Assembly: GCA_001949185.1 (NCBI GenBank)
Contig: BDGG01000009.1
Location: 1,601,624-1,665,623, forward strand
Direction: 5' to 3'
Length of the DNA stretch: 64,000 nucleotides
DNA from: Ramazzottius varieornatus
Lineage: Eukaryota > Animalia > Tardigrada
Made by a program: the position numbers and the translations under genes. Shown piece by piece: positions 48,831 to 60,500 of this stretch; the first letter of the stretch is position 1; each line of letters opens with the position of its first letter. Under the pieces are notes generated by a model, which made no database searches, was not told the DNA's origin, and saw only the letters and a list, made by a program, of their open reading frames with translations.

Positions 48831-49352
48831 AGTAAACGCATGACGAAATATTACGGGCCAGTAAAAATTACGGGCCAGGCGGAAAAGACGGCAAATTTAC
48901 AATTTGTATGGAAGTCAGAAACAGAAATCGGCCAAATGACGTAATGTAGTAAAATTCAACCGTAGAAAATTGTCATGGACGGTGGCCGTCAGCTGATCAG
49001 ACGTCTCCCTGTGCAACTTTCTTTCGGAGAAGCTCTGGACTCCTTGTCCCGATATCCTTTCCGTGAGCGTTTCTGAAAATTTCCCAGCCCTTCAAGACCA
49101 AACGGTATCGACGATACACCGAAGAAGCCCTGAAGGATGCTCTGTCTGCTTTCGGGAATGAAATGGCACTACGCGAAGCAGCTGCAGTCTTCAAACTTCC
49201 GCGCAGCACCGTCCTACGTTACTGTACGTACAGCAGTACAGCTTTCATGGCTGGTTTTTACTTGCAGCAAGAATCACATGCCCGTGCCGCCGTAGTGAAA
49301 CGGCCTGGCCCGTAATTTTTACTGGCCCGTAATATCTCGTCGTGCGTGTACT
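48831..49352 (+). mobile_element. Internally deleted pogo/Tigger-like DNA transposon with an HTH_psq remnant
   Basis: ~50-bp TIRs (48831-48880 and 49303-49352) with a perfect 33-bp core containing ATTACGGGCCAG twice. The internal + frame at ~49110-49215 reads RYTEEALKDALSAFGNEMALREAAAVFKLPRSTV, a psq-type HTH. Confidence 0.8.
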
Positions 49353-49447
49353 ACTGGAATATTTACGTGATGTGCCACAGATTTCAGTAACATGAAACAA
49401 TAGAAGGCAGGATGATTCAGCTGTCTTTAGCGGAGATGAGATCAAGT

Positions 49448-49717
49448 TTAGTCGCGCATTTCGCCATCTTCATCGTCTTCTTCAGCACCGCGGACATACA
49501 GGACGTTGTTACATCTTATCAATACTTCTCCGAGGTTTCCTGTGAGGTTTCCTTCGATGTACTCTTCCGTATTAGCGAGCTGCACATTCATGTAGCCGTC
49601 GACGGCAACCAAGAGTCCGCGATATTCCATACCCCACTTGAGCTTGATGATGACCGATTTCCCGGTCAGACCGTTCAGGAATGGCTTGGGATTAAGGGGA
49701 GCTGATACAGCTGCCAT
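49448..49717 (-). CDS. SNRPF: Small nuclear ribonucleoprotein F (SmF); intronless CDS
   Basis: [38 protein letters not shown]...[13 protein letters not shown]. Confidence 0.97.
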   Translation of the reverse strand: MAAVSAPLNPKPFLNGLTGKSVIIKLKWGMEYRGLLVAVDGYMNVQLANTEEYIEGNLTGNLGEVLIRCNNVLYVRGAEEDDEDGEMRD

Positions 49718-49843
49718 TGTGGACTGCAATGGACGAGAACCAGCCTTGTGCAGAATGGCAACAGAAAATGTAGGAAAAGCAGTCACGAAAGCAATCTTGG
49801 TCTGATTTTCTCAGAGTGTACAACTGTACGTTTTCATCGCGTA

Positions 49844-49994
49844 ATTACTGTAATGCTTCATAAACTTCGCGAATTACGTCATCATACACGTACAGTTGAA
49901 CCCCGGTCCAAAACTTTTGCCCTACCAGCCCCCTAAGGGATGTTTCAGGCGTATGATGACGTACTTCGCGAAGTTCATGAAGCATTACAGTAAT
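49844..49994. mobile_element. 151-bp inverted-repeat element (MITE-like) between SNRPF and HGH1
   Basis: 44-bp arms at 49844-49887 and 49951-49994 match at 42/44 positions. TA flanks the CTGT...ACAG termini. Confidence 0.75.
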
Positions 49995-50573
49995 ATGGAA
50001 CATTCAACGCAAAGATGCCGACTTACCAAGCGAGACCCGCGAGGATCGAATTCGCCTTCGTCCTGCAGTAGTAGACGGCGCTTCTTTCACTCTTCTTTCT
50101 GATTCTGAGATGACGCGGATGTGAAGAGCAAGACACAACCCACGCAAAGAAGAAGGATGAAGATGATAGAGAAGCGGAACAGCAATCAGACTTCAGAAGT
50201 CAGAAAGAAACTTGGTCTTAGTGCAATTTAAATAATTATATTTTGGGAATAATTCCGCTAGGGCGGGGGGGGGGTTGTTCTGCCTTTGCACCAGGGGCAA
50301 TATCCTCCGTGACCTTAATCAGTTGGTCGAAAGCGATTAAGCGACAATCGTCGACATGCAACAAAGTTTTCACAAAATATTAATTACAAAACTCTCGCTC
50401 TCATATCCTTATCGATACTTTATGTGTTACGGATACCTGTGGACGGATATTTGTGAAGCAAGGAAGAGGCATCACCTAGGAGCGGATACGTGGAAGCACC
50501 TGTCACGAAAAGGACTGCGTCCACCAAGAAGTACAACCGGCTTGGATCACCTTTGTGGATGTCCTTGTTGCCA

Positions 50574-52046
50574 ATGTCGACTTCCGAAGCAAGCCCCATG
50601 GAGCCGTCGAAGGCCAAGGCTGAATCGGACACGTTAGAGGAGCTGGTGGGGCTGTTGAAGAGTCTTGCGCCGAAGCATCCCCTGGTTGCCGTAGCGCTCA
50701 AGAGTCTGGCTACCGCCACCTGCTCAACATCGACACTTACCGCTGTCGCTTCGCACCTTCCCATCGCCACACAACTTCTGCAGATGCTCAACCTGGATGA
50801 CGAGACACCTATTAACCTCAGCAACCAACAGTGTCTGTTGCAGATCATCATCAACTATTCCTCAGCGGACAGGTGGTCCGAAGCGGTCTTTCAGTTAACG
50901 CGTGAAAAGATGTGTTGCCTTCTCGTTCACCATTCCGATAAAGCTCTCCTCAAGAACTACGCACTGCTGGATAAAGTCTTTGCAGTACTGAGCAACCTGA
51001 CACGGAAACAGCTGGACGCCCTGGCGGTGTACAGGCCCATTCCCGAAGAGGATTTGCGGAAGTTTATCGCCATGTTCGACTCTGCCAACTGTGATCCGAC
51101 CAAGCCTCAACTGCAGTTCTTTCCCTCGCTGTTGGTCAACCTCAGCGCGCTCTCAGAGTTCAGAAGGCTTGTGATGGATAAGCAGAGGTTGGTACTCCAG
51201 CGACTGCTGCCTTTCATGGATATGAAGTTCTCCTTGGCTGTCCGCGGTGCTGTTATGCGTCTGGTCCGCAACTGCGTCTTCGACCCAGGTACGAGGAACG
51301 AATCAAAGATGGTGCCAACGAGCAGCCAGCCTTTCAGTCCGCGAAGCCCTTTCGTGCAGTGTCAAGAGGAGCTTCTATGGTTGAAAGGGTTCTGTCAGCT
51401 TATCTGTGTTTGTTAGCTAAAACTGTGGTTAATGCCTTTGTGATGACAACTTTCCTTTGTTGTTGCAGATGACCACCAGTGGCTATTAGGTCCCGACGTC
51501 TCTCTACTCGCCCATCTGCTTCTGCCTCTTGCCGGACCCGAAGACTTTGACGAAGAGGAAAACCACAAGCTTCCCATTGATCTGCAGTATTTACCGGCCG
51601 AAAAGCAACGGGAACCCGATGCCGATTTGCGCATAACATTACTGGAAGCCCTTCTACAGGTACACTACGTTTAGAAGTATCTTCCTCGTCAGCTTGTCTG
51701 CGGTCGTTCCTCAAGTCACCAACCCGTGATACTCTGGCTTACCTCACGGCTTGATCGGCCTGAAACCAGCCTGCCTGCCTGAAACAGTTTGTGGTTTTTT
51801 CAGTTATGTTGCACGGAATACGGAAGAAGCTTCTTGCGGGACAACGGAGCTTATTACATCCTTCGAGAACTTCACGAGTGGGAAAAGAACGCGGCAGCCA
51901 GGATAGCCTGCGAGAACGTGGTCGACCCCCTCATCAGCGACGAACCCGACCAAGCACACCTGAAGGACTTGAAGCAGATCGACATACCCCAGGACCTCGC
52001 TCGCAAGTTTGAAGACATGAAGCGCCAGCTCGCCGAAGATTCATAG
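50574..52046 (+). CDS. HGH1: HGH1 homolog (FAM203; eEF2 chaperone), three exons
   Basis: LSNLT, LLVNLS, QRLLPF, R..V..LVRNC.FD, LL.HLLLPLAGPE, LP.DLQYLP.EKQREPD, LLEALLQLC.T..GR and YYILRELH.WE. The start is uncertain (50559, 50574 or 50598). Confidence 0.93.
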
Positions 52047-54102
52047 TTCTTGTGCAGCAGAACCCGGTAAGTGAAAGAATGGATGGACCTTGCTTTGATT
52101 TCATTTCATCATTTTCTAATTATTTGATTACTGTATGAATATCGACTAAGCTTCTTGCTGGATGAGTATTTCGTTTTTAAACATCATGGGCTTGTTTGCA
52201 GTGGTCTATTGGACACTTTCTTCTTTGGCATTGGATCAAGGCGAAGCTTCAAGGAGGGTGCCGTTTGTTTAGCCAAGAGATAGCATGAGCATTGCTGTGC
52301 TTTCTGAGCTGTAGCTTGGCTTGTTCAGTGCATACGATAAGCTCTTTCCGGCTAGCCGTATGCTATCGTTGCACACTGCACGTAGCCATTACGGCGACAG
52401 GGAAAGGCCGTAGATTCCGGTGGAAGTAGAGTGCGCGCGTCATGATCGACTGATTACAGCGCAAAGTTGCAGTCTACCCGTACAAGAAATCGAGCAAAGT
52501 AGCGCAGTCAGTTGTACAGTACTGCTTTTCCGATGATGAAGCCAATGCTTCGGTTGCCCATCCACTCGAGCAAGCTAGCGATAACCACGCATCACCATCG
52601 ACTGACAGCTCATAGACTTGTCATGCAGGCTGAATCCTGTATATGCCGTAAAATATGTAGCGGACCACTTTCCGATACGGATTTGCTTGATATCTCGTAG
52701 AAGGAAACGCATTGCCTGTGACCGACTGCATCGGCTTTTACTGCTGCGTGCGTAGTTTTCTGCTGATAGGGACTGGAAGAAACTCGTGTTGCGGTACGGG
52801 TACTTCATGTTTCTTCCAGAAACAAACCTCCAAGGACAGAGTCCCTCGTAGGGCGTTGAGTTAGGGATATACAGCCAATAATGCTCCGAGTGATGTAGAC
52901 AAGTTCATCATTGGAAAATGGCACTTTTCATTGAAGTTCGAGACATCAAAAGGAAAATGATGTGGGAGAGAGCGGACTTTCGTTAGGTGGTCTTTGTGTC
53001 ACCACTGGTGCCACGCCTTGTTTTGCTATGTGGTCAGTAAATCATAGCAATCAAAATCTAGCCGCACAATCTCCCTGATTGGCCGTTCCCCATCGTACTG
53101 CACTTGGTAGCATTGGAAGCGACGTACGTACGTGTAGGCTGCCATTGTGTCATGGACCAATACGTGAAGACGTCAGAACCGCATCACGTGATTTCCCTGC
53201 AGACAAACAAGGATCACGTGGTCACCAGTTGTGCACTCCATTCGCGTTTCTCAACGCTGTATCCGTGCTGGAAGCAGCAGGCTTTTCAGCATTGCCGTTC
53301 CATTCTACCATTGCACCAGTCTGCTAACGCTATTTCTACCAGCAAGCTTCGATAAGGAAATTATTGTTGGGAGTTCTACCGTGCTGTCCAAGAGGTAAGT
53401 CCCGTACCTTCCACGAAATTTTGTTCCAGTAATTTCTGCCGGATGTTCGAGGATCCAGTCGTCAGTCCTGTGTCGAAAAAAGCGAAAAAATGGCTGTTGT
53501 TCGTGGTTTCATTCTTGAACGATTCTGCCAACGCAGAGCCGTTTCAAAAAATGTATTTCTGTATAGGTTTTCGGCTGCGGAGCGAAATTCTCCAATTTTG
53601 TAAAATTTTCCCACAATTGGAATAACATGGTCGTCCAGCACACCAGTATTTTACCGTGTTTATCACATGGGGCTTTCTAGGCTTGCTGGTCGTTGGAGTG
53701 CAGCTTTTATGAGCTTTGGGCTTTTCATAACAGTGTTGTGCTACGAGGCTTACCATTCACAGCCGCAGAAGCGAGCTAGACCAAGACGCTAGACGAGCAG
53801 CACTTTGTGCATGAATCGATAGCAGCTGTCGAAGCTTGAACGAGATAATTTGGTCCGTTAGTACTACTGCGCCACTTGACGGAGGTAGAGCGGGTCTCGT
53901 GCCACGTGCTCGGGTAGTTGATTGATGGATTACCGTGGATCGGTTCGATTGTAGCTGGCGCCACCATCGCACTAGCTTGAAATTGGGCGCGTTTATAGGG
54001 GAGACTGTAGGCAGTTTGGCATTTTTCGAGCTGGTTCTGGCTTCATATCCTGGACTGTGTCCGGTTTACTATTTGACGCTTTTCATTCCAGGTTTATTCA
54101 CC

Positions 54103-55216
54103 ATGGCTCGTGGGAAAGGAAAGGATGACAACAAGCCGCGCGGGAAAATGTCGGCTTACGCCTTTTTCCTCCAGGTATATTCCAAAGTGAGATCTTGAAT
54201 TCCAGGTTACAATGAGCGGTGCTTAACCTTCCTCATGATGTCCTACAGATCTGCAGAGAGGATCACAAGAAGAAGCACCCGAATGACCAAGTTAACTTCG
54301 CAGAGTTTTCGAAAAAGTGTGCCGAAAAGTGGAAGGTACGTCGAACCCTGACAAACTGTGAAGGAAGTAATGGAAAGGTACTGCTGTTATCTAGAGCATG
54401 TCAGACAAGGAGAAGAAGCGATTCCACGACCTGGCAGCTGGCGACAAGGTTCGGTACGAGAAGGACATGCAAAACTACGTTCCTCCCGAAGGCAGCAAGG
54501 GAAGACGGAAGAGGCATAAGAAGGATCCCAACGCACCCAAACGAGCCCTGTAAGTATCGTACCATCTTCCTCCTTGGTACTCCCTGTACTGTGTATGAAG
54601 CTCGTGGTGTGCTAATCTGACAGCGTCATTATGCCTGTTCTGCTAGGTCCGCATTTTTCTGGTTCTGTAACGATGAACGATCCAAGGTGAAGGTTCCCGG
54701 ATCCACCATGAGCGTGGGCGACGTCGCGAAAGAACTGGGCAAACGGTGGGCTTTGGTTCCTCCGGATGCCAGAGCGCGCTATGACCAGTTGGCAGCCAAG
54801 GACAAGGAACGATACGAAAGAGTACGTGAGCGTTGTGAAGTTAGGAGCTCGACAAATAAAGCTGATCCGATTGTTTGCCCAAGTGGCGCACATTGTCAAT
54901 GGTTTTGGCTGGCAGCGTGCGCCACTTGGGAGATGTTTTGGTCGAGTTTGGTTTTGGAGCTTCCAGGCACGATAAGGTACATGGCAGCTCAATATTTTTC
55001 GTGTTCGCAGGATACCAAGGCTTACAAGCTGTCGCTTGCGCCGGGTGGAAAGCAACGCGCACAAGCCGGTGCATCGAAACCTCAAGCAGCACAAGCAGTA
55101 GCTGAAGACGATGACGACGTACGTATCCTCTTGCTTCGTACTCCGTATGGGGCAAATGCAAGGTGAGCTTTTTGTTGCAGGACGAAGATGAGGACGAGGA
55201 AGAGGATGACGAATAG
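54103..55216 (+). CDS. HMGB: HMGB/DSP1-type high mobility group protein (two HMG boxes + acidic tail)
   Basis: [57 protein letters not shown] and a D/E tail. About 6 exons. Confidence 0.94.
54878..54930. repeat. Intronic hairpin family copy (CCCAAGTGGCGCAC...GTGCGCCACTTGGG)
   Basis: Perfect 14-bp arms with a 25-nt loop. Related copies lie at 48071-48119, 60591-60631 and 63205-63249. Confidence 0.7.
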
Positions 55217-55660
55217 GCTGCTGGTTGTTAACCGTGTCGAAGATTGTTGCGAGCCGTTGTTGGGAGAACTGTCGAGTGTTCTAGTTAGTCCTACATGTTT
55301 TCTCATGCACTCTATTCCAAACCACAGTATAGTTGACACTTTTGTGTTGCCTCTTGCACAAACGCAACCTTTACTAGTGTACATATCCATAATGCTATCG
55401 AACCTAGACTTCTCTCGGCTAGTCTGTCTTTACTCTGTAGCTTTTCGACGTCCTGATTTTACGTTTTTTCCGAACTTGTGCCGCTACTCAGTAACGAGGC
55501 ACTTTTTCCTAAAAAAATTGTTATTCTGAGATTCAAACTATAATAAAATCCTGGTACTCAGTGCAAAAGTCTTTTATTGTCTTCATCGAGAATGTTTAAG
55601 ATAGATTGCGTACATCGTGTGATTTTGGAAGAGGGAAATCAGGGGAAAAAAATCGTTCTA

Positions 55661-56463
55661 TTACTCGTTCAAATAGTCGCCCGATTCATAACTCTTGTCT
55701 GAAATCCCTTCCATGACTTCAATCTCCTTGGAGCCAACGATGAACTGCTGCCCAGATTCCAGCTCGTTTACGTCTTGAATACTAACGTGGAGTTTTCTGG
55801 CGACCTCTTTACCTCCGTTGTTCTTCACAACGTAAGTGTTTCTGTTCTCGACAATCAGTACGCCCTGGTCTTCCCACTTCTTGTGTTTGCGCGAACTAGG
55901 AACTCCATACATCACTCTCCAATAGCGAAAGGAGGGAGGTTTCTCTGCTTTTGACGCTGACAAGTTCTTGCTCCGTATGCCCAAGGATGATCGAGCATTC
56001 GTCGAAAGACTTCTCTGGTTCGACGAGGAGGAACTGTTTTCGCCTGCAGGGCGTTTATGATCGGGAGACATGATGTGGAAGTTCTTCCTATAGATGGCTT
56101 TCCGCTTCCTTTCAGCTACCTCTTTGTCCATCACCACGTCTGCGGTGTACTGTAGTTCCGCGTGAGGAAGAATGGGGCTTACGAACATCACCGAATCAGC
56201 AATTACTTCGCCCGCACCTTCGGTAGCCTGTTCGTTCGCGTGGCAGAATCCACAGGAAGACCCACATTCGCGCGGAGGAAGGGCTCCCCTTAGTAGCCCT
56301 ACGACCGCGGAAAATGCACGACACTGAAATGAAACTGCATGGGATATTGCACTCATAGCTTTTCTTGACCACTGGTCACCTGAACTGGATAGTAGAGGCA
56401 CAGTGCAATTAATAGACTGCATTTGTGAAGAAAAACTGCACCTACCTCAGGTGCTGCCTGCAT
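55661..56463 (-). CDS. Stand-alone protein consisting of the RAD54B/Rdh54 N-terminal (DUF2439-like) domain, no helicase
   Basis: YWRVMY..PS.RKHKKWE..GVLIV....YVVKN..GKEV........ELESGQ..IVGSKEIEVM..IS...YESG matches the RAD54B N-terminal region as recalled, and the stop follows immediately. The start is uncertain (possible mini-exon MQAAPE at 56463-56446 spliced to 56322). Confidence 0.7.
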
Positions 56464-56744
56464 CTCGTGAAGTCCGGGATCGAAACAGCTGGCGTTTTTA
56501 TTGGGAATCTCTGCTGAAGTGGCAACTGAAGACGCACTTGTAGCTCTCCTCCGGGCTACGGGTTAGGGTTTCTTTGTGCAAACTGCAAAGCGACAGCGAC
56601 CATTCCCCTTTAGGCCTTGCGGTAGCCAAACAAGAGCAGCACACAAGTAAAACCAAGTTAACCAACGACGAAGACGAAGGGAGAATAAACTTGATCTCGG
56701 GTTGTCCTTCACATGGATGATGGATCTCTCAATTAACACAAAAG

Positions 56745-56925
56745 GAAACTTCCGGCGTACTTCCGGGCTGAATCAAATGGGCAAGCGGCAGAGTAGATCA
56801 GTAAGGCGCGGGCCGCGCAGCCAGATAACATCATATGGAACGGGAATGAAACTAAAGAATATCTAAAAACGACCAATCAGCAAAAGAGTTTCCGAAATGG
56901 GCAATCTTGATTGGCTGATTGAAGA
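56745..56925. promoter_or_regulatory. Putative bidirectional promoter (SPT6 / RAD54B-N gene)
   Basis: Two ACTTCCGG motifs (56748, 56759), plus CCAAT boxes in both orientations (~56873, ~56910), between divergent genes. Confidence 0.5.
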
Positions 56926-57559
56926 CAATTTTCTGTTTGTTTCCGCTCCATACTTCCCAGACTTACTGATCTATGTCGCTGGCCCAAATATTTGATCAAT
57001 CAAGGAACACATAATGCTGTGGCATGGGGCAATGGATATTCGCAATTTCACTCTTGTCAAACGTCGTCCTTCCATATTTCGGATTATTTCCATCATTGAC
57101 AACCGGATTGACATCTGGACATCTGGATCTTTAGGACGGCGGGTTCTTTGAGCCATCTTCTACAGCTGCCAGCAGCACTGTGCAGCACCCTTTCTGCACA
57201 CGTCGCATCGGACGAAACGCGGATCCGTCTCGGAAGTCTGAGCAGACCACAGCGTGAGTTGTTTATTACCATCATTGAGTCATTGTCCCGACTATTATCT
57301 CCTGTCGAAACTTGTGGGCTGTTGATTCAGAGCTGGCTGAATTGTAGAAGGTAAGGCGTTGTTGCTTTCTCGAATGTAATAGAGTCTGGGATTTTTACAG
57401 GAGCTAATTTGATCGCCAATGCAGCATCCGCAAGCGTGGGCTGAAGGGTGCTGACTGTATGGTTGACCATGTTGTTGTAATTGCGTAGCTCTGCTAGGCA
57501 GTGGAGGGATCGATCTCAAGTTCACTTCGGCTTAGGCTTTTGATTTTCAGTTTTTGAAG

Positions 57560-60500
57560 ATGGCACACTTTCTGGATGAGGAGGCCGAAGTTACCGACGA
57601 AGAGGAAGAAGATAACCTGACGGGGGAAGATGAGGATCTGGGACCACGAAAGAAGAGTGCCAAGAAGAAAAAGTCTCGCGATCTGGACGATACGGACGAA
57701 GAGGAGGAAGAGGAGGATGAAGAAGCACAGAGGGCGGAGATGGCCGACTTCATTCAAGATGAGCCAGACGAACCGGCCGAAGACGAAGGTGAAAGCAGGC
57801 AGAAACGCAAGCGCTCGGAAGAACCTGAAGACGAAGATTTGGAGGATGAAGACTATGACTTGATCCGCGAAAACTTGGGTGTTGAGGTAAGTCGATGCCA
57901 AATTCCTTCCTATGGACATCGTACTTTTTTGGTACTTTCGTTGTGTAGGTGAAGAAAGTGAGGAGAGTACGGACGATGGCGGATGACGACGATATGGACG
58001 ATCGAGACGCCATCGCTGGACAGCTCTTTGATGGGCAAGAGGAGGACCTGGGCGAAGCAGCCGCCCAGAAGAATCGTCAGCAAGAGCGTGCTCAGTCACG
58101 TCCCTATGCCAGCGGCGAAGATGACATGGGGGAAGATGAGGAAGAGGGCTCCGACACGGATTCCTTCATTGTCGACGACGAAGGCAAGCCCATTCACAGC
58201 CAGAAGAATCGACGAGGTCCCCGCTTGTACGCTGATGCTATGCTGCAAGAGGCACAAGACATCTTCGGTCTGGACTTTGATGTCGCCGACCTGGAAGATA
58301 ACGAAGACGAGTACGAAGAAGATGGCGAGGTAAGCCTTGGCGAACAAACTAAACAGTCGGTAGTTTACTGACTCGGTCTGCTTATAGTACGAAGAGGAAG
58401 ATGAAGACGGCAATCCAGTCAAGCTGTCCAAGAGGAGAAAGCCTCGCAAAAGCGTCATGGATGTCTACGAACCGACGGCTTTGGAACATAGTCTTCTGAC
58501 ACAACGCGATAATGAAATCAAGATTGCCGACATTCCGGAAAGGTTGGGACGTACGACCTTTCAGCATATTCAGAGAGGATAAGCTTACTTCAAGCTGGTG
58601 GCTTTTTTAGGTTTCAGCTTCGAAGTATCCCTGTAGAGCCTCCAGCTCCGCCGGAAGAAAGGGCGACGGCGGAACTGATGGACGAAGCCCGCTGGATTGT
58701 GCGGGGAATGTTTGAAGAGGGATACACCTATATGAGCGATCAAGTGCGTACTTCCTTTTGCTTGTTGAACTGTGGCAGTTTGTCATATTAATACGTAATG
58801 TTTAATGTCTGGTTGGGATGTGTACTGTAGGGAACGGTGAAGAAGACGTTGGAACGTTTGGCAGGAGTGTTGGCGCCGCCGCCTCCTAAGCCGACCGTCG
58901 ATGAACGGGGAAACCTTGTGCCGCCTCCGGAGCCTGACAAACTGTCAGCTGAGGCTCTGGCTGCCCAAGAGAAGGAAAAGATGGAACAGCGCATTGCTAA
59001 GACGAAAGATATCCTGGACTTTATCCGCAATCACTTTCTCGAGGTACAATAAGTATCTTGGCCTGCTTCATAGTATTATGCTATTTCCGATTGGACGACA
59101 GTGCACCATGACTTACTTAATGGTCGTAGGACCGATTCATCACCACCTATCGGAAAGAGTACTATTTCCCCGTGCTGAACGGCGAAGAGATTCGGGAGAT
59201 TTACGAGCGCGATCTCTTGTGGATGCAACTGCAACGACGGAGAAACAACTTGGTGAAGCTGATGCTGAAGATGCAAGAGTACCTGAGAAGGTACCGCTTG
59301 GACAACCCCGAGATCTTTGAAGGTGCGTCCAAGTGGACCCTTTCGGCCTTGACTCTGCAGCAGGCGCTAAGGTTGTGTCCATTCTTCTGGTAGACTGGGA
59401 CGAAGTGACGGACGAAGCTGTGGACGCAGCTCGGAATGCCTCTTCCATGGAAGAGCTAGCTGACATTTTTGTAGAGTTCAAGATGAAGTACGGTCGTCAC
59501 ATGCCCTCTGTCCAGAAGACTATCACCACCAGGAAAGAGAGTGTGGAAGGGCTGGACGAGTCTCAGGCTATGATGACGCAGATTGCCGACGCCGATGCTT
59601 CCGCGGCTGAGTTGAACGCCGATACGCCCACTTCGGCAGACTTGACCATGAAGCGAGCGCGACGGACTGACCCCTATGTCCTGTGCAAACAAGCCGGACT
59701 AGGTAAGGCAGATATATATTCAACGGGAAAGGCAGGAAACATCAGTCTGTTTTATCCATTTTTGCAGATAAGTTCGTGGCCAAGTATGGAATTACCGCCG
59801 AGCAGATCGCCCTTAACTGCACACAGGAATTCAACGTCTATCAGCCGGAACAGGAGTCCTTGGACCCCGAAGCTCTAGCTGAAGAATTCAAGTCGACGTA
59901 GGTTTTGTTGCATCAATGATTGGGAGTGTGGTTGAATGAGGATTCTGACTGTTGTTAGGAGGTTCCCCACTTCCGCCGATGTCATCCAGGGTTCGCTGTA
60001 CATGCTAGCCTCGCTGCTGGCTAGGAATGCCCAGTTCCGTCGGGTGGTGCGCAAACGCTTCCGCAAACAGGCTGTCGTCAACATTCAGTGCACCTCTCGT
60101 GGCTTCAAGGTTAGTAATTCTTCCGCTGGGTTGGCCAGAATGTGGCCTTGGCATGTGCAAACTCGAGAGAGTTGTTTTCGACAACCTGCATACAGATGGT
60201 CGCACCTTCGGCACGGTGTGTCGGTATGCAGGAGGATACAGGGTGTGTTCTGTGAAGCCTAATGGTGTAAATCTTCTTGTTCCATCTAGGAGATCGATGA
60301 GAACCATCCGTGCTATCCTTTCAAGTGGCTGAAAGACAAGCCCATTGCTACGTTGACCGATGATCAGTACCTGCGGATGGTGCAGGCCAAGAAAGAAGGG
60401 CAGCTGGAGATGACGCTGGCAATGCCCAAGATTGGCGAAAACTCTGACGGCTTGCCGGTCGGACAAGACATGTACCTGCTAGAGATCGCCCAGTGGATGA

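Noticed and set aside
50403-50417. ATATCCTT (U12-type donor-like) overlapping TATCGATA (DRE-like)
   Set aside because: No matching U12 branch point or acceptor was identified, and a single 8-mer is insufficient evidence.
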